Below are positions 15,301-27,865 of a stretch of 64,000 bases of DNA, piece by piece. The DNA is from Antedon mediterranea (lineage: Eukaryota > Animalia > Echinodermata). The translations under genes and the position numbers were made by a program. The DNA lies in assembly GCF_964355755.1 (NCBI RefSeq), contig NC_092671.1, positions 3,162,001 through 3,226,000 of the forward strand, read 5' to 3'. Position 1 is the first letter of the stretch. Every line of letters begins with the position of its first letter. The notes under the pieces are model-generated. The model worked only from the letters and a program-made list of their open reading frames with translations. It made no database searches and was not told where the DNA came from.

Positions 15301-18300
15301 CATTCAGGGTAACTAGAACTACATGTGGTGAATGCAATGGCATTGCACTGTACTAATACCCGACCAAGAAAGTGTTGTGAGTCCTTTTCTATTTGAAGGA
15401 TTAAACAATATCATCCCACACGGAGCAATTCAAATAAAAAGGTCTGGATTTAAATGATCTTACAAAATATACAAAAATATCACAATATACAGTACAATAT
15501 AACAAGAGTCAAAGTTCAAGAATTTAAGAGTCGGATGGCAACTGAAAGCGACGCCCATGAGGCATGAGCTCGAAATCACTGAACAAGGCATGGTTAACAT
15601 TTTTTAGAATAGCCCTACTTTTTTCTAGAGTTTGCATGTCACAGAAGGAAGATAAGCTACGAAGTTGACAACCTATTAATTTAGAACTTAAGTTAACAAT
15701 CATTTGTAGTGAGTTTCTCTCTTTGACCCTAAGACTAAAAAACCAGCATATAAAGGAAAAAAGTTAAAACGTTCTCAATAAAGGAATTATAAAAAACCAT
15801 GAGAAATACTTTATCGACATTAAAATGGTTCAGCTTCCTTAACAGATAAAGTCTCTGGTGTCCTTTCTTTACTATTGCCTCTGTATTTAATTCCCAGCTG
15901 AGATTGTCCTCAAATATAGTACCTAGGTATTTAAAGGAATGGACAATATCGCTGGTTCGTCATTTGTGGGGGATACCAGAGGGCTGCGTCCTTTCTCCTT
16001 CCTAAAATCTACAATAATCTCCTTGGTTTTGGTCACATTGAGTTCCAAGTAGGAGTTTCCACAAAATTGGATAAAACCATCTAATGCGGAACCATGACCG
16101 TCCTGTGAATTTTGAAGGAGAGACAGCAAGACAGTGTCGTCAACAAATTTGAAAAGATGACTATTGTCCTGTTTGCTCCGACAGTAATCCGTGTATATAA
16201 TATACAGGAGAGGAGAGAAGACGCAACCCTGCGAAGATCAAATACTTCTCATTACGTACATTCGTTGATACTAAAATTATCAAAAATCTATCTATAGTAA
16301 ATCATGAGTTGATTCCAAATTATCAAGACTCATTAATTAATCAACAATAGTACATACCGCTAATGAATTTCAATTTTCTTCTAGCTAGCATAATTTTTCC
16401 TATTTCATGACGATACAATAGGTACAAGAAAAACATTATTTGCACCAAATACTTCCAAAATATAAATATACTATATATAAACATAATTTAGTTTTACGCT
16501 ATTTTAAGAAAATTTGAGTTTTTGTAAAATGTCAATGACCTTTTGACCTCTAGTTACGTATAACTGTTGTATTAATTGTTTTTTTAATGTATATTATTAG
16601 TAGGATATATATACTCTACATATTGGTACTAAAGCTATTTAGATATGATTATAAAACAATGGATTATAGGCATAAACGCTACCCCCTACCCCAAAATTGT
16701 TTACATTACATTTGATCAAGAATCAATTTCAATAAGAATAGTACATCATTACTTTTAAAATTCTTCTAGTTAACATCATGTTTCCTATTTTATATATCGA
16801 TATAGGTACAGATAAAACACAATTTTGATTAAATGCATATACAATTATGGCACAATATTACAGTTAATCATTTAATCTTCAGGAAAAAAATGAGATTTTG
16901 TAAAAGGTCAATAACCTTTTGACCTCTAGTTATATAAATAAATGTTGTCTTTTGTTTTTTTAAATTGCATATTAGACAGAAATATATATTCTACACATTG
17001 ATATCAAGATTATTGAGATTGGATTATAAAACCACAAGTTATGGACATAAATGTTACCCCCTACCCCAAAATATTTAGGGAATAAAATCACTATATAGTT
17101 GTTGAGATTACATAAAAAATAATGTGTTCCAATGCTTCAATTTTCGGTGACTTTTAATATGTCATTATAAACTACATTTGGAATGAAAAAATTAATGTTT
17201 CGTTACTATTGCAATTTGTGGTGGGTTTACCTCTAAATATCACTAGATTGACTGGACTATACCGTATTTGGGCACTTCACACTTTTTTGATAGTGTAGAC
17301 AGAGGTTTACAGAATGAAATACTATATGAGAATTGTCCAACTTCACCATAATCTGGTACAGTAGTTCTAGGTGTGTGTGTTCTCAATCTCAAATGTGCTT
17401 TAGTAGTTCTTTACAAACTCTGGCAGATTTGTCCAAAATATCAGCAACCAACGTAAATAATATAATTGCCACTATCATTTTTTCATCTTCACAAGCATAC
17501 GCTATATATTTCCATCCATTCACTTAGTGCAGTTTTTCTACCCATTATGTGTAAACATAATGAGGCAACCTGAGTAAGAGACTTCCTGTAAGGCGTCATT
17601 ATTCACAATCACCCTGCCTAGCATCGATAAATGACACCAGCTATAGATTTAGTATCCAAACATACTGCTAGATCGGTAGATGGTGTATTTAAATGATTCA
17701 GTATAACTCAGCAAATAAATTAACTATGTTGTATATATTACACAACTGTTAATGGTGAAACTAGGTAAGATGGTGGCATATGAATCAATATTGAGACACA
17801 CCTACTCAGAGGAGACACACCTACTCAGAGGAGACACCCTTACTCAGAGGAGACACCCTTACTCAGAGGAGACACCCTTACTCAGAGGAGACACCTAGTA
17901 AAAGGGACAATTTCCTATTAAGGGACACTTTGACACTATCCTATGAAACAAACAATAGGGGACAACTTTATTCAAAGGTACAATATGCTGTGTTCAAAGG
18001 TACATTATACTGTTTTCAAAGGGAACATTATGCTGTTTTCCAATGGACATTTTGCTGTGCTCCAAAGGTGTCCCCTTAATAGAGCATCATGATTATATAT
18101 GGACACTTCACATTTTTTGTCAAGTTTGATTGTGTAGACAGAGCTTTAGAATTGAATTGGAACAAATATTATCTGCAGTCTGCGAATCATTTTTTTATTA
18201 TTGCTTAAATTTGACATTTCTGAAATGACAGTACGACTTTCTTGATCATTTCAATTTTCTATTAATTGTAAAGTCTTAGACTATATTATGGAATTGGAAT

Positions 18301-21300
18301 GAAGAAGATTGCAAATGATTCCTCATTGATTAAGGATTGTTGGTAGGATAATCAGCGTAGCATTTTAATCAGAATATTCTGACCCAGTTTATGTAGTCTT
18401 TTACAAAAGTTTATTTATTATTTTCCTTTTTTATTGACTGAATATTATTAGAAGTTGGTAAATGTTTTACTGATCATTTAGGCATTAAATATTAAATAAT
18501 AAACCGGAAGATGAGGGCATATGAATATTTAATCTTTGTTGTGTGTGTGTGTATAACTGGTAAACAGTAATGTTCCGCCATGCCATGCCGAGGGTGTTAA
18601 AAAGAGTATATAGAAAGTACTGTAATTATAGTACTGTATATCGGGAAGAAGATTCAGAGGTTGAATTTGTTATTTTTAAAAAAAACATACTAAAAATTGA
18701 TATGACCTAATTTTGTTAATTAAAATAATGATTCAGCAGCTGATATTAATTTCGAAGTATTTTATTAAACAAAAATACTGCCGTTTATGACATAAAGTTA
18801 AACTAAGTGTGTGATATGAATAACTGATAATTTGATAATGTTTTCTGTATGTGCTTTCAATTATTAAGCCTTGGTCATAACTTCCTGTCCTACTAGTTTA
18901 TAATGTACTGTAAAACCACAAATGACGTCTTTTTTTAATTAGGGTATGTACCCAATAGAAAAGGATCGTGTTAGTAAGCTGCCTTTTAATACCTTTGACA
19001 TCATAAAATAAATTGAGTGTTTTAGGTTTGTTATCTATGTTAAAATATATCGAATGTTTTTCATTTTAATTAGATCGTGTTTTTAAAAGCAATTTCCTTT
19101 GACATCATAGTGTATATAAATAGTGTCTGAGGTTGGATGTCTACCTGTTGTATTGTACAATTTTAAATTTATACCTTTGATATCATAACATAAATTAAAT
19201 ATGTTTTAGGTTTAGTGTCTAAAGTAAACTGTAAATTCTCTAAAAATGACAATGTTTTATTTTGATTGTGTATGCACATAAGTATCATGTGTTTTTAACT
19301 TTTAAATTAATACCTTTGATATCATAACATAAATTAAATATGTTTTAGGTTTAGTGTCTAAAGTAAACTGTAAATTCTCTAAAAATGACAATGTTTTATT
19401 TTGATTGTGTATGCACATAAGTATCATGTGTTTTTAACTTTTAAATTAATACCTTTGATATCATAACATAAATTAAATATGTTTTAGGTTTAGTGTCTAA
19501 AGTAAACTGTAAATTCTCTAAAAATGACAATGTTTTATTTTAATAGTGTATGCACATAAGTATCATGTGTTTTTAACTTTTAAATTAATACCTTTGATAT
19601 AAAATAAAGTAAATGTATTTTAGGTTTATTGTCTACAGTATAACACTATCAAATTCTCTAAAAACGACAATGTTTATTTTAATGGCACGTGTGCAAATTT
19701 GATATCATAATGTATCATGTGTTTTTAGCTTTCTTTTAATACATTTGATATCATAAATAAATTTTAATTTGTTTTAGTGTCTGCAGGAGGTAAAAATGCA
19801 TAGAATTCTCTAAAATTTACTAAATAAAGGTTTTATTTTGATAGTGTGTGCATGCATTAAAAAAAAGTTTCATGTGTTTTTAGCTTTCTTTTCAAATAAT
19901 ACCTTTAATTACATTAAATAATAATAATGTTTTTTAAAAATAATGTATTTACAAATAGTACAATAGTTAATTCAATTATATGCAGAGTACATTAATAAAA
20001 GTATGTGTGTTTTTAGCTTCCTTTTAAATTTATACTTTCAACATAATTAAATTTAATGTGTTTTTTTCAGTTTGGGTGTCTATAGTAACAGTTCGAACAA
20101 TTCATCAAATTTTCAAATGTTTTTTTTTTATAGCGTACAGTATGGGTGCATTAAAAAGAAACAACATGTGTTTTTAGCTTCCTTTAATAAATTAGTACTT
20201 TTGACATCTTAAATTAAATTTAATGTGTTTCTGTTTGGATGTTGACAATGCATCGAATTCTCTCAAAATCACAATGTTTTATTTTGATAGTGATGCTCGC
20301 ATTAAAAAAAATGCTTTTTAGCTTCCTTGAAAAGTGTACCCTTGTCATTACAAATTAATTTTAAATTTGTTTCAAGTGTGTCTCTCATATTCAACACTAA
20401 TGCATTGCATGACAATTTTTGACATTAATTAAATATACTTTATTGTATATGAGTAATAAAAATATGATATTTTACTATATAGTTGTCATGAGAATTTAGG
20501 CTAGTGCCTTTTTAACCCTAAAAATTGAATCAAATCTTCAGGATTATAGAATCAGTCTCTATGGCTTTTGCTTACACGCTGTTCTAAAGTTTAATTATAC
20601 TCTTTTGGATACTGAAATTTTCTAAATTCCTGTCCTCTTCTCTCTAATAAAAATATCTCTAAAGATGACTAAAGATAACAGACATTTGAACAGAAATTTA
20701 ATTGGAAAATGTAGTTGCGATATGGGCCGTTTTTGCTGCAGATCGCCAACTGCATGATACTCTGATTGCTAAGAACCACTCTCTTTAAATAGTTTATTGC
20801 GATTTCAGTCCTTGAGTTAATTGATTTATCGCGATGTTCAAACAAATTACTACAGTGAAATTGAGTTATTAATTTATTTAATGTCACTTCTCATTATTTT
20901 TAGATTGAAAAATTAATGAGAAAGATAAAAGTAAATTGAAAAATATTATAGTAATAAATAGGTTATATATTTTTATTAAAATTTACCGGTCATCTTAATC
21001 TTTATAATCTTAATAATATTATTAATTTCTGGCTATTTGCATTTTAACAAGGCCTAGCCCATTACTAGCCCATTACTAGCCATGATTGTTTGAATGAATA
21101 ACTCCCTGCTCCTTCTCCCAATTTTTCCATCAGTGCCCTTTTCGTAAGTGATGATAGATAGTCTCAACTTGCCTACAGTGTTTAGGATGATGTTTGTTCC
21201 GTTTGCAGAACCGTTCTCCTTTTACCTCTTCCCCGCTCCCTTCTTGCCTCCGGGCTTGAAAGCAGACAATCACAGTAAAAGATGTTTTATGTTTCTCTAT

Positions 21301-24300
21301 GAAACTGAATATCTAGCACCTATCAGATTTAATTTGTGTTCTTATAAACAACTTTAATAAACACTTTTGTTTTGGATGTTTTCTTGATAGTCAGTTAGTG
21401 AATGAATAAATAAATATTGATGTTATCATTACTTGTGAGAAAATGTTAGCTTGTGTAAACTAAGGAATGTAATTATTATTTTGCTGAACTTATAACATTT
21501 ATTAAGGCAATTACTGTACATCTCTGTGCTGTGCTTGTTTTCCAATTTATCTTTTTTTATAGGAATTTCTCCTTTTTTTCTAAAATAAATATTACTATCT
21601 TGGACATTTTTATGGCGATGCTGTCCACTTAGCATTTATTGTTGTCGCCGTTTTCTAGCAATATACAATCAGTAAAAAAATTAAGACTGTAAAAAAATAT
21701 ATACATTTTAAATGTGCATGTTATTATTAAACCAGGAATCTATCGATGCTTCATTCGTTTGACCTGGTGTGCTGATCTGCTAAGTCATGGGTCTGTAGAG
21801 GGTCTAATCCAAATTTTCTCCACTACCTTTTTTATACGGAATTTGTTCATGACATAGATATGTTTTCATAGACATAAGTTGGACTACTGTATTACTGAAT
21901 CGAGTTGTGACGTAAGATATCATGTTCTGCTTTATTCCATCCATTTGTTTTTCTGAAACAGACTTAATTATAAAAAAAGTAGGATACATATTTATAATCC
22001 TCTTGTCCTTGTTTTATTTTCCCAAGTTCGCTAGGCTTAGAATGATTGTCTCACATAGGCCTTCATTTCTAATCTTTAGATAGCATTTGATTCAAGATTC
22101 ATGTCCCAGTTTTGATTGGCTTTTAGCAATCACGTATTTAGTCCATCTCGTCTAGCACCCCGATTTCTCAAATGTTTTTGTAAAATTTATTTAACGCAAT
22201 GTTTTCTTCATCAATATCCTAGTTGTGATTAGCTTTAGGCAACCACGTATTTAGTCCATTTCAGCCTCGAACCTATTTTATGCTTCTTCATTATGTGGCT
22301 GTTTTTTTCGAGTGTGATATCTGTTGTGACATTCTTGTAACACGTATCTAGTCCATGTCTATCTAGTGTTTGTTTAATTTCTCTTGTTTGATGGTTCATC
22401 ATACAGTAGTATTATAGTAGAACTCCTTTTTTCAGACACCCTTTATTAAGGGGACACTTTCTTAGGTCTGTGTCTAGTCCATGTCTATCTGTAGTGCTGC
22501 AATTTGTTTAATTTCGTTTTTTCTCTTTGATGGTTGATCATAGTATTATTGTAGAACACCTCCTTTCAGACACATATTCAAGGGACACCTCTATTAAGGG
22601 ACCACTTTCATGAAACAAACGAGGGTTTACACTATAGTAAGCCCAGGAAACATCCTAATTAAGGGACACACACTATGTTTTGAACACTATGGCCAACCCC
22701 TATTCAAGAGCCAATCACAGGATGCATAAACTATTTTATAATTTATCATGCTTAAAACTAAGTCTCATTTAAGGCTTAGAGAGTGGAGTTGAAAAACCCA
22801 GGCACTAGGTCAGGATTGATTGATTGATTGATTGATTGAATTTATTTGATGCGCAACATTAAAATAACAAACAAACAAAAGACAAAATAATGAGCATCAG
22901 GAACACCCATTAGGCCGGAAAAACCAGCCCATTTCCAATGGGGTCCAAATTGCACATAACAAACAAGAGAAAATACAACATTTATAAAACTATAAATATA
23001 TAATAAAACTATAAATATATTGAACCCTGGATTTTGAGATTGAAAAGCAAGCACATAAACCACCAATCTACAGCTTCACTTTCTAGTCCTAAAGGTGTCC
23101 CTTTAATAGAGGTTCTACTGTTAGTATTGTCCCATTTACAATATATTATAAAATAACCATCCATCCATCCATAACACATCATTGTTTTATCATCACTATT
23201 TCTTTGTGAGGTGAATGTTTAATTAAAGATACATAATTTAGACAGGTGTTTACAATTCCTTGAAGCAATAAAACTAAAATTGAAATTATTGCTTTCCCAT
23301 TGTGAAAGTCACAGTAGATATGTGTATCACTCATAATTATGTGACCTATATTTTTATGAGTAAGTATTAAAGTTGTTCTTAAGATGAGGTTGATCTTTGT
23401 TGACTGAAATTCTAGTTTAAATATTGGCATTTATTGCTGGATTGGAGAATAATATTAATGTTATAGTACTTAGAGTTTAAAGTTACATATTCCTTTCACA
23501 ATTAATTATTAATCATAATTTAGATGAAAATTATCATATCTGTTACAGTACTACTAAGTTTATTAAAAATATTTATATTTGGTTGCCAAAACCTTATCCA
23601 ATTTGTTTTTGAAAAGGTAAATAATTTTGTTTCGATATAATTTTTGGTCAAAATGAATACAGAAACTATATGTGACATTAAAATGGCATATTCAACAAAA
23701 CAATTTGAATCAATTATTTTTTCAGTATATTTTTAAAAGTTTGCATTTAATAGTTACCAATTCCTGTGGTGACTCCACAGAAGTTAAATATAGAACAGAA
23801 TCTGAACCTTTTCAACCTTTCATGTCTTGATGCATTTATGTTTGTTTCCCTTCAAACTGAAGTAATAAACAATGCTGGTTGTATTGTAATACCACACAAA
23901 TACTTTCAAGAAATCACTACATTTAATATACTATTCAGTCATAGTTTAGTTATTTTAACGGGTAAAGTTGGGTTCATAAGCTAATTATCTATAACTTTGC
24001 TAGATTGTACAGTATTCCACCAATTTTCATGGATAAATAACTATTGCCACCAAGTGTAATTAAACCTATATCTAGTCTAGGGTTATACAGTCCATGTAAT
24101 ATTGGCCTAATGGCCAAAAAGTCTGGTATTCTGAAGTTGTTTTTAATGGTAGAAAAAAAATTTGGGATCTTTTCAGTTATGACTTATACATAATGTATTT
24201 AAAAAGAAATGTTTGTGTTACAGAGCATAGTATCTGATATCCAGTGCCTTTATTGCAATTCATTTCTGAAATGATCTGAAGTAATAAAGATTGTAGCCAA

Positions 24301-27300
24301 TTGCGATAATGATTATTTATTGGAAAGCTAACACTTGATTTACACCACCTCAAATGGGTGTGATTGCTATATCTTATCAAATCAACATTCAATCTACGTT
24401 TTTAACCACTGTAACTTACAAAACGGGTGCATTCACAAATTGAAATAAAATTCACACAAATAAATAAATCAGAACAGAAAAAAAAATATCAATATTTGAT
24501 TTTAAAAATGTTGTTTTCCTCTTTCAGATGATCTTGATATTGCTGTAGATTTCTTTGAGTATTTCCTGGCAACCTATCCGCTTTTAGTTGAAGACAAATC
24601 TTTAATGTGCGTCTCTGCTTGGAATGATAATGGCAAACCTGATAGGATTTCAAACCAAGCCGGTAAGTTTGTTCTCCATTTGTGTTATAGTTAAGGAGCA
24701 GGTACTCAAACATTGATCATGACAACAGTTTATTGCAGAAAATGAGATTTTGTACAACCTGATAAAATAAATTTCTTGAAAAAATTCATCTGGTTTCAAA
24801 TGATTTATACTTTAACTTTTTTTATTATTACTATTTTTTTGTGTGTAAATTGGTATGTTTCGGCTACTTGCTTTGAAGCCTTGGTCATGCGAGCGACATG
24901 TTGTGTGTCATCACTCAAGTGGTGCTGTCTAGCACTTTTTTTTGTGTCAGCTTTTCATTGTAGCCTTCTCATAATTTTTTTTGTTTTTATTTAGATTTAC
25001 TTTATAGATCAGACTTCTTCCCAGGCCTTGGCTGGATGTTGTTAAAAGAAACATGGATTGATTTGGAACCGAATTGGCCACAAGGGTAAGTGTACAAGTC
25101 AAGCACTTGTTTTACAAAGTTTCAGGGGGAACAAAAGTTGATCATTAAAGCCCCTAAGGACAATTTCAACCAAGGGATATTTTGATATTTTATGCGTTTC
25201 ATATTTGTAAATTTAATCATAATTTGCAAATGAACATTGTGGTGTACCGCAGAACTATATATATTTACTGCAGCTATATATACACGTGGTGTATCGCAGA
25301 ACTATATATACATTGTGTGTGGTGTACTGCAAATTTTATTATTAAAGATGTAACAAAATTATGTAAATTTCTTGATTTGAAATTTCATCAGAAAAGTGAA
25401 TTTTATTAAAATTGAATCATTTTTTCCCCAGTTTTTGGGATGACTGGATGAGGCATCCGGATCAGCGTAAAGAACGTTCCTGTATTCGTCCAGAAATATC
25501 TCGTACAGATACATTTGGAAAAATTGGTGTTAGCAAGTGAGTTGTCTAGAAATCTTTGTACTTGTGAAACTCACTGACACTTGGGTAAACAGAATAAAAA
25601 TTAAACAAGTCACACTTTCTTTCCCATAGCATGGTACTATTCTATTTGAATGCTTTTATAAAGTTAAATTTTTATTTTGCTTATAAAATTTAATATAATT
25701 AATTATAACACATCCGATTGTATTCTTACAATTACATCACATGTCAATTGGAATTATCTAACAAAAAAAGTGATATCTACTGATAATAATTAACGCGCTC
25801 AAATGCACGTTCAGTTTTCTAAAACTGAGAATTTTTGTTGACTGATAGCGTTGGGAAACTCATTATTTGTATGTTTTTGATTAACAGTGATATAATGATT
25901 CATATTTTGTTTTATTTTTACAGAGGGCAATTCTTTGAGCAGCATTTGAAATACATTAAGCTGAACACTCAGTTTATTCCGTTCACACAAGTTGATTTAT
26001 CATATTTAAAAAAGGTAACATTTTATGACGAGTACTTCCTATACCTAGATCAAAGATCAAAATGTACATTCATTTATACATCTTTGAATATAGTAATACA
26101 CATAGCTTTACTATAGGACTGTTAACAGGCAAATGACATACCCAATGGCTAATTCACATAATTTACATTTCATAGTTTATAATAAAACTTTCACTGACAA
26201 CTTCCTATGTTTGAAATCACAAATTCAAATATAAAGCACATGCTCACATACTGTCTATTTATTAGAAGTAGTTATGCTCAACCATATGATATCTTTTAAC
26301 TTATTTTTCATATCATAAAATTTTATGAATCATAAAAAAAATGCAGTTGTTATTAAAGCTATCATGTTTAATTTTAAAGGAAAATTACAATCCAAGGTTT
26401 CGAAAAGAAGTGTATGACGCGCCTGAGGTGTCACTGCATCAGCTTACGAAAGAAGACGCTCGCGGTTTTCCTGTCGTTCGCGTGAAATATATGTCGAAAG
26501 ATTCCTTTAAGACGACTGCGAGAACTTTAGGCATTATGAATGATTTTAAGGTATGTTTCTATTTATTATACCTACTTTAATTCTATTAATTATATATAAC
26601 ACAAAATATCAACTTCAATGTAAAATATAGTAAAACTCCTATTAAGAAAACACCTTTGGAAATTGGCAAAGTTTCACCTGAATAGAGGTTTGTCATAGTG
26701 TTGAAACATAATCTCCCTTATTTGTTTCAAAGAAAAGTTTCCCCTTAATACAGGTATCCCATGAATATGGTGGATATCCCAAATAGTAGTAGTATTATTT
26801 ATGCAGTTATAGTAGTATTTTTATGCAGTTATAGTAGTATTTTTATGCAGTTATAGTAGTATTTTTATGCAGTTATAGTAGTATTTTTATGCAGTAATAG
26901 TAGTATTTTTATGCAGTTATAGTAGTATTATTTATGCAGTTATAGTAGTATTTTTATGCAGTTATAGTAGTATTTTTATGCAGTTGTAGTAGTATTTTTA
27001 TGCAGTTATAGTAGTATTATTTATGCAGTTATAGTAGTATTTTTATGCAGTTATAGTAGTATTTTTATGCAGTTACAGTAGTATTTTTATGCAGTTATAG
27101 TAGTATTTTTATGCAGTTACAGTAGTAATTTTATGCAGTTATAGTAGTATTTTTATGCAGTTATAGTAGTATTTTTATGCAGTTACAGTAGTATTTTTAT
27201 GCAGTTATAGTAGTATTTTTATGCAGTTACAGTAGTATTTTTATGCAGTTTAAGTTTAGAAAATATATATATATATTGACATTCTTTAATATTTCTTGTA

Positions 27301-27865
27301 TGTCACACAATATACTGTGTATATACTGTATTACCATTTTTAATAATTAAATGATCCTGTTAAAGATTATGGATAAATGTTATTGATATGGTGCTTGCTA
27401 AGAGATGTCTTTAATATTGGTTTAAGCAAAACAATGTTTTCTCTTAAATGTATCATTCATATATATATATATATAATATTTAAATCAAAAGACAAATACT
27501 GAAAAAATGTCAATGCTGTGGGTATCAGTGGCTGGATCTCAATAGATACAAAACAAAATAAGCACTGAAAAAAATGACAATGTTGTGGGTATCAGTGGCT
27601 GGATCTCAATGGAGATACAAAATAAAATAAGCAGAAAACTAAATCAAAACGATAAAGTGAAACAGCCAGAAAAATGAGCGGAGCTTTTGGGCAACACTAG
27701 CCCTTCATCAGTGCAAGTAATATTAAATGTTTTGTTTTTTGTCTTACATAGAGTGGAGTTCCAAGAACCGGTTACCTTGGTGTAGTGAGCTTCATGTACA
27801 GAGGTCATCGAGTCTACCTTGCACCTGACCCCTCCTTTACTGGTTATGATGTTTCATGGATGTAA
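247..27865 (+). CDS. MGAT1: Alpha-1,3-mannosyl-glycoprotein 2-beta-N-acetylglucosaminyltransferase (GnT-I), complete multi-exon gene
   Basis: Coding exons 247(or 217)-354, 6376-6493, 8827-9037, 11226-11334, 11677-11815, 24528-24662, 24995-25085, 25432-25536, 25924-26014, 26380-26550, 27752-27865; all GT-AG and phase-consistent; 1392 nt = 463 aa + stop. GT13 motifs: [78 protein letters not shown]. Confidence 0.96.
2666..3051. mobile_element. Two adjacent partial Harbinger-type MITE copies, the second with an expanded 21-bp array
   Basis: GCTCTGTCTACA termini at 2667 and ~2818; tandem AAATATGGTAGTGATATGCTT at 2856-3051. Confidence 0.75.
4260..5300. repeat. Degenerate tandem array interrupted by a MITE
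   Basis: Recurring AAATATGATGGTAC..CAGGCAG..CATCA(A/C)GCC(A/G)ATAG..TGCCCAAAAC at ~4265, 4686, 4813, 4885, 5071, 5217. Confidence 0.65.
4401..4537. mobile_element. PIF/Harbinger-type MITE (family with ~10 copies in window)
   Basis: TIR AGCT(A/C)TGTCTACAC...GTGTAGACAGAGCT with TWA flanks; further copies at 6751-6888, 13108/17306 (split), ~18095-18146, 31427-31577, 35645-35805, 37495-37653, 44223-44360. Confidence 0.8.
5975..6160. repeat. Degenerate 11-bp minisatellite (AAACTCACAY)
   Basis: Direct reading. Confidence 0.8.
6376..6493 (+). CDS. MGAT1: MGAT1 exon 2 (stem, coiled coil)
   Basis: tttag|[39 protein letters not shown]|gtaagt; phase 0-1. Confidence 0.85.
6751..6888. mobile_element. 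Harbinger-type MITE copy
   Basis: AGCTCTGTCTACACTATCAAAC ... GTGTAGAGACAGATCT. Confidence 0.8.
7740..7870. repeat. Degenerate ~19-bp T/C-rich minisatellite
   Basis: TTTTTTCCAC(A/C)AA units; source of the three overlapping spurious ORFs. Confidence 0.75.
8827..9037 (+). CDS. MGAT1: MGAT1 exon 3
   Basis: ...[25 protein letters not shown]; ttcag/gtaag; phase 1-2. Confidence 0.93.
10167..10612. mobile_element. Possible TTAA-target (Kolobok-like) non-autonomous element
   Basis: TTAA|GATA...TATC|TTAA ends with imperfect subterminal inverted GAAAGTT/AACTTTC. Confidence 0.4.
11226..11334 (+). CDS. MGAT1: MGAT1 exon 4
   Basis: [36 protein letters not shown]; phase 2-0. Confidence 0.95.
11677..11815 (+). 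CDS. MGAT1: MGAT1 exon 5
   Basis: [46 protein letters not shown]; phase 0-1. Confidence 0.95.
12007..12107. mobile_element. Small Harbinger-type MITE
   Basis: TAA|GGTCCTGTTTCTGCTGCA ... TGCAGCAGAAACAGACC|TAA. Confidence 0.7.
13212..17259 (+). mobile_element. Academ-like DNA transposon, decayed
   Basis: TIR TAGTCCAGTCAATCTA..CCCACCACAAATTGCAATAGTAAC and its reverse complement; TAG...CTA termini; 3-bp TSD TAC; frameshifted transposase-like remnants ~13600-15360 ([27 protein letters not shown]-terminal CGECNG); ~390-bp subterminal duplication 16360-17080. Confidence 0.8.
15395..16235 (-). mobile_element. 5'-truncated LINE reverse-transcriptase fragment (Rex-Babar/L2-like)
   Basis: [14 protein letters not shown]...[13 protein letters not shown]...[17 protein letters not shown]. 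Confidence 0.8.
17793..17900. repeat. 21-bp tandem repeat (GAGACACCCTTACTCAGAGGA) in a Tc1/pogo-like MITE remnant
   Basis: ~5 copies, followed by ATTAAGGGACAC family motifs. Confidence 0.8.
18985..20400. repeat. 139-bp satellite-like array
   Basis: ATACCTTTGATAT at 19171, 19310, 19449, 19588 (period 139); diverged copies on both flanks. Confidence 0.88.
22416..23121. mobile_element. Composite Tc1/pogo-like MITE remnants with an inserted retroelement 3' end
   Basis: AGTAGAAC..TATTAAGGGGACAC and GTGTCCCTTTAATAGAGGTTCTACTG; (GATT)n tract at ~22814-22838. Confidence 0.55.
24528..24662 (+). CDS. MGAT1: MGAT1 exon 6
   Basis: [45 protein letters not shown]; phase 1-1. Confidence 0.95.
24995..25085 (+). 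CDS. MGAT1: MGAT1 exon 7
   Basis: [31 protein letters not shown]; phase 1-2. Confidence 0.95.
25432..25536 (+). CDS. MGAT1: MGAT1 exon 8
   Basis: [34 protein letters not shown]; phase 2-2. Confidence 0.95.
25924..26014 (+). CDS. MGAT1: MGAT1 exon 9
   Basis: [30 protein letters not shown]; phase 2-0. Confidence 0.95.
26380..26550 (+). CDS. MGAT1: MGAT1 exon 10
   Basis: [15 protein letters not shown]...[12 protein letters not shown]; phase 0-0. Confidence 0.94.
26783..27251. repeat. 22-bp minisatellite, ~21 copies
   Basis: TTATGCAGTTATAGTAGTATTT. Confidence 0.95.
27752..27865 (+). CDS. MGAT1: MGAT1 exon 11 (last coding)
   Basis: [37 protein letters not shown]. Confidence 0.95.
   Translation, partial: SGVPRTGYLGVVSFMYRGHRVYLAPDPSFTGYDVSWM

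Noticed and set aside
26783-27251. Regular short repeats resembling a CRISPR array (also 42580, 46910)
   Set aside because: Head-to-tail units without unique spacers, eukaryotic intron context, no cas genes.
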